Assembly: GCA_018303785.1 (NCBI GenBank)
Contig: JAGVXM010000014.1
Location: forward strand, 1-37,473
Length of the DNA stretch: 37,473 nucleotides
DNA from: Candidatus Pacearchaeota archaeon
Lineage (GTDB): Archaea > Nanobdellota > Nanobdellia > Pacearchaeales > GW2011-AR1
Direction: 5' to 3'
Within the stretch, counting starts at the first letter, position 1. Each line of letters opens with the position of its first letter. This document shows positions 17,667-27,372 of the stretch, piece after piece. The position numbers were made by a program, and so were the translations under genes. A model generated the notes under the pieces. That model was not told where the DNA came from and searched no databases. It saw only the letters and a list, made by a program, of their open reading frames with translations.

Positions 17667-18359
17667 ATGGACAAAGATTTTGAATCAAGAAAACAAGAAA
17701 TTGGAAAGAGATATCATATTAATTTTTATAAATTGGAGAAGGAGCAGGAAAAACTAGCTAAGGGAATTGTTGTAAAAGATTCTTTTGATATTTCTCTTGC
17801 TGAAAGGTTTGGCGCTTTTGACACTATTTTTATTAATAATAAAATTCTTTGTTGTTTTATTGTCTGTGATTCTCAGTATGAAATAATTGATCGAGCGTAT
17901 GTTTTTGAAAAAGCTAAATTTCCTTATGTTTCAGGTTTTAGAAATTATCGTGAATTGCCGTCGATGATTGCAGCTTTTGAAAAAATAAATGAAAAACCTG
18001 ATGTTGTTTTTATTTCTGGTCAGGGCATTATTCATCCTCGATTAGGTTTAGCAAGTCATTTTGGTTTGGTTACTGGAATTCCTACTATCGGAGTTTCAAG
18101 CGGAGTTATAGAATGTGATGTAGAAAATGATAAAGATAATAGCGATATTTTAAAAAAAGGTAAAAGGGTTGGTAAGGTTTTGCTTGTAAAAATTGGCAGC
18201 AGCCCATTATATGTTAGTCCTGGACACAATATTTCTGTAAAGACAGCATATGAACTAAGCAAGAAGTTAGTCGTTATTCCTCATAAACGTCCTGAACCTT
18301 TACATCTTGCTAGTAAATACACGAGTAAGGTACGAAAAGAAATTATTGATCATGTATAA
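17667..18359 (+). CDS. nfi: Endonuclease V family protein with non-canonical active site
   Basis: FPYVSGFRNYRE, GQGIIHPRLGLASHFG, PTIGV, PLYVSPGH, PEPL. Confidence 0.9.
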   Translation: MDKDFESRKQEIGKRYHINFYKLEKEQEKLAKGIVVKDSFDISLAERFGAFDTIFINNKILCCFIVCDSQYEIIDRAYVFEKAKFPYVSGFRNYRELPSMIAAFEKINEKPDVVFISGQGIIHPRLGLASHFGLVTGIPTIGVSSGVIECDVENDKDNSDILKKGKRVGKVLLVKIGSSPLYVSPGHNISVKTAYELSKKLVVIPHKRPEPLHLASKYTSKVRKEIIDHV

Positions 18360-18646
18360 TTTTTTAGTTTTGGGATAAATATTCTTACCAATAAACTTAC
18401 TATTAATACTGAGATTGTTGTAAACAAAAAAATGTAGACAAAATAGGAGGTTATTGAATATGTTTTTTCTGTAAAAGGGCTTTGTTGAATTTCAGATTCG
18501 TTAGTTTCATTATTCATTACAAATCCAGTTATTTTTTTAGGATTATTCTCTTGAAGTTTTCCCATATAGAATACAAGGGTGAGTGATAAGACGACAATTG
18601 CAATTACTAGTGTTGTTCGTGCAATCACCCCTCTTTTATTTATCAT
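18350..18646 (-). CDS. Small membrane protein with class III-like signal (KRG)
   Basis: MINKRG followed by a hydrophobic helix, ITGFV, and a second C-terminal TM. Confidence 0.7.
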   Translation of the reverse strand: MINKRGVIARTTLVIAIVVLSLTLVFYMGKLQENNPKKITGFVMNNETNESEIQQSPFTEKTYSITSYFVYIFLFTTISVLIVSLLVRIFIPKLKNYT

Positions 18647-18792
18647 TTTTCTTTTTTTACGTCTTCTGGATCCAAGTCCACGGCGATAAAATCTCCTTCT
18701 TGTAATTCAAATCGATCAATTGTATCTTTGGGAATTGTTACTACAAATGAATTTCCCACTTTCCTAATCTTCGCATCGAATTTTCGTTTCAT
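18643..18792 (-). CDS. AbrB/MazE/SpoVT-type DNA-binding protein (49 aa, below the ORF-track cutoff)
   Basis: MKRKFDAKIRKVGNSFVVTIPKDTIDRFELQEGDFIAVDLDPEDVKKEK; ATGA overlap with the downstream gene. Confidence 0.9.
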   Translation of the reverse strand: MKRKFDAKIRKVGNSFVVTIPKDTIDRFELQEGDFIAVDLDPEDVKKEK

Positions 18793-18861
18793 AATTGTTT
18801 GTTTTAGAATATATTGAAAAACAATTATATTTTAAGACACTAAGGGAAAAATCCCTTAGTG
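18791..18861. repeat. Two perfect 10-bp inverted repeats in the AbrB leader
   Basis: ATAATTGTTT (18791-18800) / AAACAATTAT (18819-18828); CACTAAGGGA-AAAA-TCCCTTAGTG (18838-18861). Confidence 0.7.
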
Positions 18862-18885
18862 CACCTCTTTATCCCTTTCAGAGTT

Positions 18886-18960
18886 GTATATATAATGTAT
18901 ATACAGGTATATAAATTTTTCTGTATATACATGGTATATACGTATATATTTTGTATATAC
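18886..18960. promoter_or_regulatory. Array of seven GTATATA(C) boxes surrounding a BRE/TATA promoter
   Basis: GTATATA at 18886, 18897, 18907, 18923, 18934, 18942 and 18953 (four are the palindrome GTATATAC). The minus strand reads GAAAAATTTATATAC at 18921-18907. Confidence 0.7.
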
Positions 18961-19047
18961 ATGACTTTTGTATTTTTTAGACACTATCTATTTATTATTT
19001 ATGTTTTGTTTTCGTGTTGATGGCGAAGGAAAATTGATTTAGATCAA

Positions 19048-19524
19048 TTGAATTTTAAGCAAATACTTGAAGAAACAGTAGCGAGTAGTGCGATTGGAAG
19101 AATATTAGCGAGTTATGGATCTAAAATGATTGGACGAGAGAAAAGGAATGCACGGTTACTTTCAACATTGTTAAATGCGAATAAAAAAGCTCCTTCGTCT
19201 TATGCAATCGTAAAATTAACCCACGAAAAAAAGAAAAAGAAGTATACCTATACTCAAGCAGTGGAATGGTTTCAAATTACATATCCTAAAGAAGCTGAGC
19301 CCTTATTGTCAAAATTGAATGAAGAATATAATACAAAAGAAAAGGCAATTGTTTATGGGTTGAAAAAAGGTAAAAATTTTCCTGATGAGTATTACGTTAA
19401 AGTTTTAGAGGATTTGCTGGAAATACCCTCACAAGAAGCAATTATTCTGTATCATGGAGTTTTGAAGCCATTTATTGGCAGGGTTACAGAAGAAGGCGGA
19501 TTAATAAGATTAGTAGTTGGTTGA
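19048..19524 (+). CDS. Hypothetical protein
   Basis: 158-aa ORF with TTG start (start uncertain). Confidence 0.7.
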   Translation: MNFKQILEETVASSAIGRILASYGSKMIGREKRNARLLSTLLNANKKAPSSYAIVKLTHEKKKKKYTYTQAVEWFQITYPKEAEPLLSKLNEEYNTKEKAIVYGLKKGKNFPDEYYVKVLEDLLEIPSQEAIILYHGVLKPFIGRVTEEGGLIRLVVG

Positions 19525-19568
19525 TTAATTTCAGATAATTTTTTATAGCTCGAATTTCTGAATTGAAT

Positions 19569-21026
19569 ATGTCAAGAGAGAAATTTTACATAACGACTCC
19601 AATTTATTATCCTAATGATATTCCCCATATAGGTCATGCTTATACTACTTTGGCTGCAGATATTATTGCGCGGTGGCAAACATTACTGGGAAAAGAAGTA
19701 TTTTTTTTGACGGGGACTGATGAACATGGGAAAAAAATTGAGCTTGCTGCGCGACAGAAAGGAAAATCGCCCAAGGCTTTTGTTGACGAATTGATACCTT
19801 CTTTTGTTGATGCGTGGAAAAAATTAAACATACGCTACTCCAGATTTTTACGAACTACTGAAAAAGAACATGAGGCTGTTGTTCAGTCATTATTGAACTC
19901 TGTACGAAAAAAAGGAGACATTTATCTGGGAACTTATGAAGGATATTATTGCACTGATTGTGAAGCATATTACACAGAAAAAGATGCGCCTGAATTAAAA
20001 TGCCCTATTCATCATAAAACTTTGGAAAAGCTTCAGGAAAAAAGTTATTTCTTTAAATTAAGCAAATATCAAAAACAATTGTTATCGTATTATAAAAAAA
20101 ATAAATTATTTTTGTCTCCGGAATTTAGAAGCAATGAAATTATTAATAGAGTCAGCGAGGGATTGCAGGATTTAAGCATTTCTAGAACAAGTTTTTCGTG
20201 GGGTATTCCTATTCCTTTTGATGAAAAACATATTACTTATGTTTGGTTCGATGCATTGGCAAATTATTTGACGGGTATAGGTTATCTAAATGATAAAAAA
20301 AAATTTAAAAAATTTTGGCCTGCTGATGTACATTTAGTTGGAAAGGATATATCTTGGTTTCATTGTGTTATTTGGCCTGCAATGCTTTTTTCTGCTGGCA
20401 TTGAACCTCCGCGACAGATTTTTTCACATGGATGGTGGACTTTTGATAAAGAAAAAATTTCAAAATCACGAGGAAAAGTAATAAATGTTGACGAGCTTAT
20501 TGCAATCGCTGGAGTTGATTCTGCAAGGTATTTTTTATTTCGAGAGACCCCATTCGGACAGGATGGTGATTTTTCTGAAAAGGAATTGATAGAAAAACAT
20601 AATAATGAGTTAGCGAATAAATTAGGAAATTTGTTTTCTCGCGTAACTAGTTCAGCTGAAAAAAATGGAATTAAAAAAATTGAAAATAAATTAATAAAAA
20701 AATTGGCATTGAAGGAGATTGAGAAAAAAATGGAAGATTTAGAAATTGATAAGGCATTGTCAACAATTTTTTCATTTATTGATAAGTGCAACGAATATAT
20801 TCAGGAAAAAAAGCCATGGGAATCAGAGACTACAGATAAAGATAAAATATTATACGAATTAATTGACAGCATTAAAGCAATTGCTATTTTGTTGTGGCCT
20901 TTTATTCCTGAGACGAGTGAGAAAATTGCACGGCATTTAGATTTTGAAATTTCATATGAAAATATTAAGAAAGCTTATCAAGGAAATACAATAAAAAAAG
21001 CAGATATTTTGTTTAAGAAAATTTAA
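19569..21026 (+). CDS. metG: Methionine--tRNA ligase, short bacterial-type
   Basis: YITTPIYYPNDIPHIGHAY, TGTDEHG, CxxC...CxxH knuckle, YVWFDAL, KISKS. Confidence 0.97.
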   Translation: MSREKFYITTPIYYPNDIPHIGHAYTTLAADIIARWQTLLGKEVFFLTGTDEHGKKIELAARQKGKSPKAFVDELIPSFVDAWKKLNIRYSRFLRTTEKEHEAVVQSLLNSVRKKGDIYLGTYEGYYCTDCEAYYTEKDAPELKCPIHHKTLEKLQEKSYFFKLSKYQKQLLSYYKKNKLFLSPEFRSNEIINRVSEGLQDLSISRTSFSWGIPIPFDEKHITYVWFDALANYLTGIGYLNDKKKFKKFWPADVHLVGKDISWFHCVIWPAMLFSAGIEPPRQIFSHGWWTFDKEKISKSRGKVINVDELIAIAGVDSARYFLFRETPFGQDGDFSEKELIEKHNNELANKLGNLFSRVTSSAEKNGIKKIENKLIKKLALKEIEKKMEDLEIDKALSTIFSFIDKCNEYIQEKKPWESETTDKDKILYELIDSIKAIAILLWPFIPETSEKIARHLDFEISYENIKKAYQGNTIKKADILFKKI

Positions 21027-21046
21027 TTATTTTTTGTGTCGGCTAA

Positions 21047-23056
21047 TCATCTGCTTTGTACATCTTGCAAGAATCCTTGCTTAGGCTGAAAAACGTCGCC
21101 GGATTTTTTAAGTTTTTCAATTGCATCTTCAAATTCCAGATCTGTTAAATCTGGTAGTTCTTTTCTGATTTCTTCCATAGGAATTTGTTTTCCAAATTTT
21201 TCTTCCATTCTTTTTAATGTTTCTTTTAGGAGAATAACTTTGTTTCTTTTGTTTGAAGAAATTTTCGAAGAAAATCTGTCTATATCGAAGGTTTTTGTTT
21301 CAGGATCATAACCGACTTGCATTAGGTAGTATTTTGTTAAACGAATTGCAACATCTGCATCCTGTTGATCTACTGTTGCGGATAGCCTTGATTTTGCATG
21401 GGCTTCGGCTAGACGTACTAGTCCTTGTAGTTGTCGAGCTGAAATTGAGATCGATCTTGATTCCCCTTCTATACTCATGCGTCGCATTTTAACATAAAAT
21501 CCTTTAATTTCATTGACCGCATCTTCCGTTAGCTTAGGGAATATTTTTTGTTTTGCAAATGCAATATATTTTTTAAATAACTCAATATCAATGTCTGGTT
21601 TAACTCCTTTCATTTGATGCATGTTCAAAACATGTGTAGCGATTGCATTATCCTGATCTTTATTTGGCAGGTCACGTAAAATAAATATTAAATCAAAACG
21701 ATTAATTAATGTTGGAGGTAAGTCAATTTGTTCGGTAATTGATTGTGTTGGTTCAAATCTTCCGAATTTTGGATTTCCTGCAGCGAGTACTGAGGTTTCT
21801 GCACGAAGTGTTGCCTGTACGTTTGCTTTTGAAATTGTGACGGTTTGTTGTTCAAGTGCTTCATGCATCGCGCTTCTGTCTTGAGGATCCATCTTTTCAA
21901 TTTCGTCAATGCAGATTATTCCTTTATTTGCTAAAACCATTGCTCCTGCTTCGAGCGACCATCCTTTGAGAAATTCATCTTTGATAACTGTTGCGGTTAT
22001 TCCTGCTCCAGTGGCTGCTTTACCTACAATGTATCTTCCTTTTGGCGCAATATTGGAAATAAATTTTAAGGTGACGGATTTTGCAACTCCTGGATCTCCT
22101 ATAAGGAATAAATGAATATCGCCTCTTGATACTGTTCCATCATCGCTTATTTTTCTGACTCCGCCGAACATTTGTAAAACTAATGCTTCTTTAATTTCCT
22201 CATATCCCCAAATACTAGGTGCAATGCTTTCGCGCAATTTTCTGAATACTTCAGGATCTTCGGCTAGTTCTTGAATCTGGCGTTCATCTTCTTCAGTTAT
22301 ATCTAACTCTTCATAAGTTGTTTCTAATGGGATTACGTTGTTTGCTTCAATAGCTAAATCAAACCGCGTAGAAATGGATCCAGAGGGTAAGGGAACTGGA
22401 ACTTCTTTTAATATGCCTAATACTCTTACTTTGCTTCCTGGCGTCGTTTTTTCCTCCATAATTGGTTCAACCATATCTTCATTCAAAAAGACATTCATTC
22501 TTCGTGGCTGTTCTCCTCCCGTTAATGATTCTGGTGATTCTTCAATTACTAATCGTTGTGCGTCTACCATTATTTTTGAAATTAATCTAAATGCTCCTTT
22601 TCTTCCACATGAACATCTAGATGGCTCCCGAAACTTTTTTTCTATTTGGAGAACTGAAATAACTGTTCCACATGAAGGACATTCAAATTTAGCGTTTACA
22701 ACTTGAGGTCTTACTTCTGAAGCTTGACGAACTAATCCCTCAAAAAATATTAATTTATTCAAATGATTTGCTCTAATGGTTCTTATCTTTACTTTTTGCG
22801 TTTCTGGTAAATTATTGAATCTAATTCTTGGAATTTTTATTAAACCTGTCTCTTCTAATGCAGTTTCCAATAATTGCAGCATTTCTTCCGGACTTGACAT
22901 AATTGCTTCTGCTAACATTGGGGAAGTTGAGGCTAGGTCATCAAAATTGACAAAAACTACTTTTCTTCCTTTCCTGACACTATCTCCGATTTCTTTTTTA
23001 TAGGTGTCAAAAAATAATTTCGCCTCTTCTATCAACTCTTCTGTAACTGATACCAT
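21047..23056 (-). CDS. mcm: Replicative helicase MCM
   Basis: CPSCG...CSCG Zn motif, GDPGVAKS, IDEIEKM, AAGNP, NRFDL, ISARQL; no intein. Confidence 0.97.
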   Translation of the reverse strand: MVSVTEELIEEAKLFFDTYKKEIGDSVRKGRKVVFVNFDDLASTSPMLAEAIMSSPEEMLQLLETALEETGLIKIPRIRFNNLPETQKVKIRTIRANHLNKLIFFEGLVRQASEVRPQVVNAKFECPSCGTVISVLQIEKKFREPSRCSCGRKGAFRLISKIMVDAQRLVIEESPESLTGGEQPRRMNVFLNEDMVEPIMEEKTTPGSKVRVLGILKEVPVPLPSGSISTRFDLAIEANNVIPLETTYEELDITEEDERQIQELAEDPEVFRKLRESIAPSIWGYEEIKEALVLQMFGGVRKISDDGTVSRGDIHLFLIGDPGVAKSVTLKFISNIAPKGRYIVGKAATGAGITATVIKDEFLKGWSLEAGAMVLANKGIICIDEIEKMDPQDRSAMHEALEQQTVTISKANVQATLRAETSVLAAGNPKFGRFEPTQSITEQIDLPPTLINRFDLIFILRDLPNKDQDNAIATHVLNMHQMKGVKPDIDIELFKKYIAFAKQKIFPKLTEDAVNEIKGFYVKMRRMSIEGESRSISISARQLQGLVRLAEAHAKSRLSATVDQQDADVAIRLTKYYLMQVGYDPETKTFDIDRFSSKISSNKRNKVILLKETLKRMEEKFGKQIPMEEIRKELPDLTDLEFEDAIEKLKKSGDVFQPKQGFLQDVQSR

Positions 23057-23167
23057 CTTTAATTAGAATACTCTAATAATTTATAAGTATTTATCGTTTT
23101 AGTTGTTTAGAGCAAAACTTATACAGGAGTATAGATATCTTTAAATTTTGATTTATGATCAATATGA

Positions 23168-23650
23168 ATGTTCCGTTATACGGTTACAGATTTAGAAAAA
23201 TCATTAACTGAAAAACACCATATTTTTATTGGAGAACCAGTAGAAATCGAATGTTTTAAGAATATTTCTCTTTTTGAATTAGCTGGTGTGGAAAATTATA
23301 ATTTTATTATGGAGCGCATTATTGCAGCAAATTCTCTAAATACATTGCAAACTGCTCAACATAAATTTATTTTGCCTAAAGCTAATGGAGTTTGTTTGTT
23401 CAACCAGAAAACTGGTTTGGATAAAAATTTAAATATGGATATAGCCGAATGCTACTTGAAATATTATTTTGAGGAGAGGCATCCCTCAAAAGTTATTGGA
23501 ACAATTATTAGTGATATGAGTGATCCTGCTTATTCATCTTTTGAAATACCTATGATACGTCTTTATGGAAAAGGATATTGGAATGAATGTAATATTGCTG
23601 TTGGAAAAATTACCTTCAATATTTCAGGATATTGTTTTTACAAGAAATAA
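23168..23650 (+). CDS. Hypothetical protein
   Basis: 160-aa ORF ending flush with the tbp stop. Confidence 0.65.
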   Translation: MFRYTVTDLEKSLTEKHHIFIGEPVEIECFKNISLFELAGVENYNFIMERIIAANSLNTLQTAQHKFILPKANGVCLFNQKTGLDKNLNMDIAECYLKYYFEERHPSKVIGTIISDMSDPAYSSFEIPMIRLYGKGYWNECNIAVGKITFNISGYCFYKK

Positions 23651-24205
23651 TTACCTGTTTTTTTCAGCTTCTTTTAGAACTTTAATCAATTGTTCCATTG
23701 ATTCGTTTAATTGCTGATTATTTTTAGTTCCTGTGCAAACTAGTTTACCGTTGCTGAATAATAAGAATGTTGCGGTAGGATTATCCAATTTATAGACTAA
23801 TCCTGGAAATTGTTCGGGTTCATACTCTGTATTTTCTAATTCTAATGATAAATAGTTTAGATTGAGCATCATATTAATATTTCCCGATGCAACAATATTT
23901 TGGACTGTGATTTTAGGCTTATCTGTTACTTTAACGCTAATTTTTCTTAAGATCTTAATTACTTGATCTATAACTTCCTTTACTTGAGCTATTGATTTTG
24001 TTCCTGTGCATACTAGATTCCCTGAAGAAAATACGAGAACTGCAGATTTTGGCTTTTTAATTCTTAAAACTAATCCTGGAAATTGTTCTGGGTTGTATTC
24101 GGTATTTGGAATTGTTCGAGCTAATTTTGTCAAAGGAACTTCTTTTCCTAATGAAGTTGTTGCAACAATATTTTGAATCTTTAAAGAAGAATTTGTCTCG
24201 GCCAT
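23651..24205 (-). CDS. tbp: TATA-box-binding protein
   Basis: Two repeats QNIVA...YxPEQFPGLV...FSxGxLVCTG. Confidence 0.97.
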   Translation of the reverse strand: MAETNSSLKIQNIVATTSLGKEVPLTKLARTIPNTEYNPEQFPGLVLRIKKPKSAVLVFSSGNLVCTGTKSIAQVKEVIDQVIKILRKISVKVTDKPKITVQNIVASGNINMMLNLNYLSLELENTEYEPEQFPGLVYKLDNPTATFLLFSNGKLVCTGTKNNQQLNESMEQLIKVLKEAEKNR

Positions 24206-24365
24206 GTATTACTTTTAAATGATTATTGAATTTAAAGTATATTTTTATTTATAAATCTTTCTTATCCATTTATTTTTGACGTCGATAAAAAATATGCTTA
24301 GAGAAAGCTTTTTAAATGAAAGTTGTAAAATTTTGTCGTAATTTATATAAATTATAAGAGAATGG

Positions 24366-24836
24366 ATGAAATTATTTAGAAAGCCGAGACCCGGTCCTAG
24401 AATTAATAAGCTTGAATCTTTGTTTCGTTATTTATAATCTGAATTTAATTCCTCTTTAGACATTATTGATTATATGGATGTGCTCAAACGTGATACGCCG
24501 ATTTTATTTCGTCCTCATTCAAATGGATTTTTTTTACAAAATGAGGATTGTATTTTGCGGTATACATCCGTTTCGGGATTGAGTAGAGATAACCTTAATT
24601 TGGTATTTAATCAAAAACCTAAGCTGAGTCTTAGCTCACAGTGTTCTTCATCGAATTATTTTCCATGCACATATATTATTGCTGAAAACCCCGATCATAA
24701 TGAAGAACCTAGAACAGTTCATATTTCTGATGAAAAGTTTAGATTAAAATAGTGGTTTACTGAAGGGAGTGAATTATTAACATTGGCTGCACAGAAATTT
24801 GACCTTCATGGGCATTATAAAAGATACAGTGCTTAA
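24366..24836 (+). pseudogene. Probable pseudogene (one frame, two internal stops) containing ORF 24474-24752
   Basis: ATG 24366 follows a TATA-like box. The same frame has TAA 24435-24437 and TAG 24750-24752, and the final TAA 24834-24836 overlaps the ligase stop. Confidence 0.45.
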
Positions 24837-26524
24837 ATCGATTTTTCAACTTCTTTTTTTATCTCTGCTAAACGTGCAATATCATCAATACTTCGATCTG
24901 GACGCAAACGCGTTATTCTGGGGAATCTTAATGCAAATCCTGAAGAATAAGTAGGAGATTTTTGAATGTTTTGATAGACAACTGTTACTACAATCTCTGG
25001 TTTGACTTTGACATTTCTTCCTGATTCTGAAAGGATTAATGGCTTTAATTTTTTAGTTAATTCAATAAAGGATAATCCTTCTTCCTCTTTTTCTTTGAGG
25101 CCTGTAGAAACTTTACCAATTTCGAGCAATTCTTCTCCGTGTCTGCATGCAAGATCATAACTCGTGAGCCATCCTGCACGTTTACCTGTTCCATATTCTG
25201 CGCCAATAATTGCTAAATCAAATTCGTTATCGACGGGTTTTATTTTTACTCCGAAACCTACTCTTGCTCCAGGCTTGTATGGCGCATCAAGATTCTTCAT
25301 CATTATACCTTCTTCACCATTATCCAAAGCTTTTTTGTAAAATGATTTCGCCATTTTAAGATCGTCAGTTATAAGCGCTTCCGATGGACGAATTTTTAAC
25401 GGCTCTTTTTTTATTATTTTTTCAAGTATTTTTCTTCGTTCCTTAAATGGCTCTTTGATTAATGATTTACCATTGTAAAATAAAATATCAAAAACATTTA
25501 TTTCAATAGGCAATTCTTTCTCTAATCTTTCAATGTCATATTTTCTTTTAATTCGTTGACTTATTTCTTGGAAAGGGCGATATTTTTTTGTTTTTACATC
25601 ATATCCTACTGCTTCACTATCTAAAATAAAACTTTTTCCCTGGACATATTTTTCTACATATCTTTTTACTTCGGGGAATTGTTTTGTGACATTATCTAAC
25701 CGTCGAGTGAAAATTTTTATTTCCCCATTTTCTTCTTTATTTATCATCATTCTAAAACCGTCATATTTGTAATCTAGAAGCGCCGGTCTTCCTACTCGCA
25801 TAAAGCCTTCTTCAATTGAGTTTTCTTTAAGAAATAACATAACTTTTACAGGTCTTCCTGGTTCTAAAGAAGAATCTTCTAATGCCTTAATACCCCTTTT
25901 TGCTTTTTCAAAAACAATTTTCCAATCAATTGTTTTATCGTAAGTATCTTGTATTATTCCGGTTATCTGTTTTTTATCTTCTTCTTGATCGAAACATGCT
26001 TTTACTATTGCATCGCGTAAAGTACCATCTGCAACTCCAATACGCAAATCTTGCAATAATGTTCTTACAATAAATTTTGCTTCTTTACCGTCGGCAGAAG
26101 TCAGCAATTCTGAAATTAAAGACATTTTTTTATCAACTGTTCCCTGTCCTTCTAATTCTGGTAGTTTTCTCACGTTTTCTAGAATTTTATCAACAGTTAA
26201 TTTATGCGAGAAAAGCGTATGTTGTTTTTTGTTTCCTATTATTTCTTCAGAAACTTTTCCCAAATCTCCCAATTTTCTCCATTTGTTAAGAATTTCTGAA
26301 TCTGAAATGCCTGAGGCTTTTGCCAATGCTTTAATAATTAGTTTGTCAGAAATTCCAATCTCTTTTTCTGAATAATCCGGATATATTTTGCCTTGTAGCA
26401 AATAAATCGTATCTGCATTTGATTTTAATTTTTTTAAAAAATTTGCGAGAATTTCTGTTTTTTTAAGACGAGAAGGATTTTTTTCTAATTCTTCATATGT
26501 TTCACATAATTCTGAATATTTCAT
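24833..26524 (-). CDS. lig: ATP-dependent DNA ligase
   Basis: DYKYDGFR (KxDG), ILDSEAV, VFDIL, EGIMMK, ALRFPRITRLRPD. Confidence 0.97.
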   Translation of the reverse strand: MKYSELCETYEELEKNPSRLKKTEILANFLKKLKSNADTIYLLQGKIYPDYSEKEIGISDKLIIKALAKASGISDSEILNKWRKLGDLGKVSEEIIGNKKQHTLFSHKLTVDKILENVRKLPELEGQGTVDKKMSLISELLTSADGKEAKFIVRTLLQDLRIGVADGTLRDAIVKACFDQEEDKKQITGIIQDTYDKTIDWKIVFEKAKRGIKALEDSSLEPGRPVKVMLFLKENSIEEGFMRVGRPALLDYKYDGFRMMINKEENGEIKIFTRRLDNVTKQFPEVKRYVEKYVQGKSFILDSEAVGYDVKTKKYRPFQEISQRIKRKYDIERLEKELPIEINVFDILFYNGKSLIKEPFKERRKILEKIIKKEPLKIRPSEALITDDLKMAKSFYKKALDNGEEGIMMKNLDAPYKPGARVGFGVKIKPVDNEFDLAIIGAEYGTGKRAGWLTSYDLACRHGEELLEIGKVSTGLKEKEEEGLSFIELTKKLKPLILSESGRNVKVKPEIVVTVVYQNIQKSPTYSSGFALRFPRITRLRPDRSIDDIARLAEIKKEVEKSI

Positions 26525-26575
26525 TTGATTATCCTTTAAAATAAAGAAAATATGTTTTTTATATATTTGGTAGAA

Positions 26576-27148
26576 TTATTTTCCTCGTCTATGGCCTGCA
26601 CGCACTGACGGTCTGTTCTTATTTGTAGGACTTTTATTTCTTAATCCTCGAGATTTTTTCCCTGCGCTTGTTAATCCTCGAAAAACTCTGCCTTGATTAT
26701 TTTTTTCTGTAATCCAATTAATAACTTGGTCACTTTTAATTTCTGGCTGAGCTGGATCAACTAGAATTACTTCGAAAAAATAATGCTTTCCGTCTTGTGC
26801 TAAATAATAAGAATTTAAAACTTCTAAATTAGGGAATTTTTTTTGTGCTCTTTGTTCAGCTACCCACCGATAATTCATTTTCAATACTTTTGAAACGGTC
26901 ATTCGTTTACTTCTTCTTCCTTTTCGTGGCCGTGGATTTTTACGTCCGCCTCTCTTTACTCTAACTCGTGCAACCACATATCCTTTTTTTGCTTTATATC
27001 CTAACATTCTCGCCTTATCTAATCTAGTTGGCTTCTCAATTTTAGTAACTGCATTTTCAGTTCTCCAAGTGATCATAGAAGTTCTAACCATCTCTTGATT
27101 CGGTACTTTCCACGCCTCTCGTATATAATGGTATAATCCTTGCGCCAT
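26576..27148 (-). CDS. rpl15e: 50S ribosomal protein L15e
   Basis: PTRLDKARMLGYKAKKG, LEVLNSY, EVILVDP, RGLTSAG. Confidence 0.97.
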   Translation of the reverse strand: MAQGLYHYIREAWKVPNQEMVRTSMITWRTENAVTKIEKPTRLDKARMLGYKAKKGYVVARVRVKRGGRKNPRPRKGRRSKRMTVSKVLKMNYRWVAEQRAQKKFPNLEVLNSYYLAQDGKHYFFEVILVDPAQPEIKSDQVINWITEKNNQGRVFRGLTSAGKKSRGLRNKSPTNKNRPSVRAGHRRGK

Positions 27149-27372
27149 ACAAATCTTAGAAAGAGATGGTTTTTAAATCTTTCACATAAGTAAATGGTCC
27201 TACTCACATTCCCATTCTGGAATTTTTATAAAATAGTCAAAATGAGAATACTCTGCTCATAATTCCATTTTGATATTTATATTAATTGCCAAAATGAAAT
27301 TATTCGATTTGAACGAAATGTAATGTTTATTCGTAATCTAGGCAATTAGGTATTGTTTTTGCAATACCTATA

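Noticed and set aside
18886-18960. CRISPR array
   Set aside because: Units are 7-8 bp with spacers of 9 bp or less, and no cas genes are present.
24435-24752. Alternative genetic code or stop-codon reassignment
   Set aside because: TAA, TAG and TGA all end conserved genes in this window, and no core gene has internal stops.
27194-27201. ATGGTCCT matching the tRNA-Ile 3' end as a possible att site
   Set aside because: Only 8 bp, with no integrase or cargo between the copies; compatible with chance.
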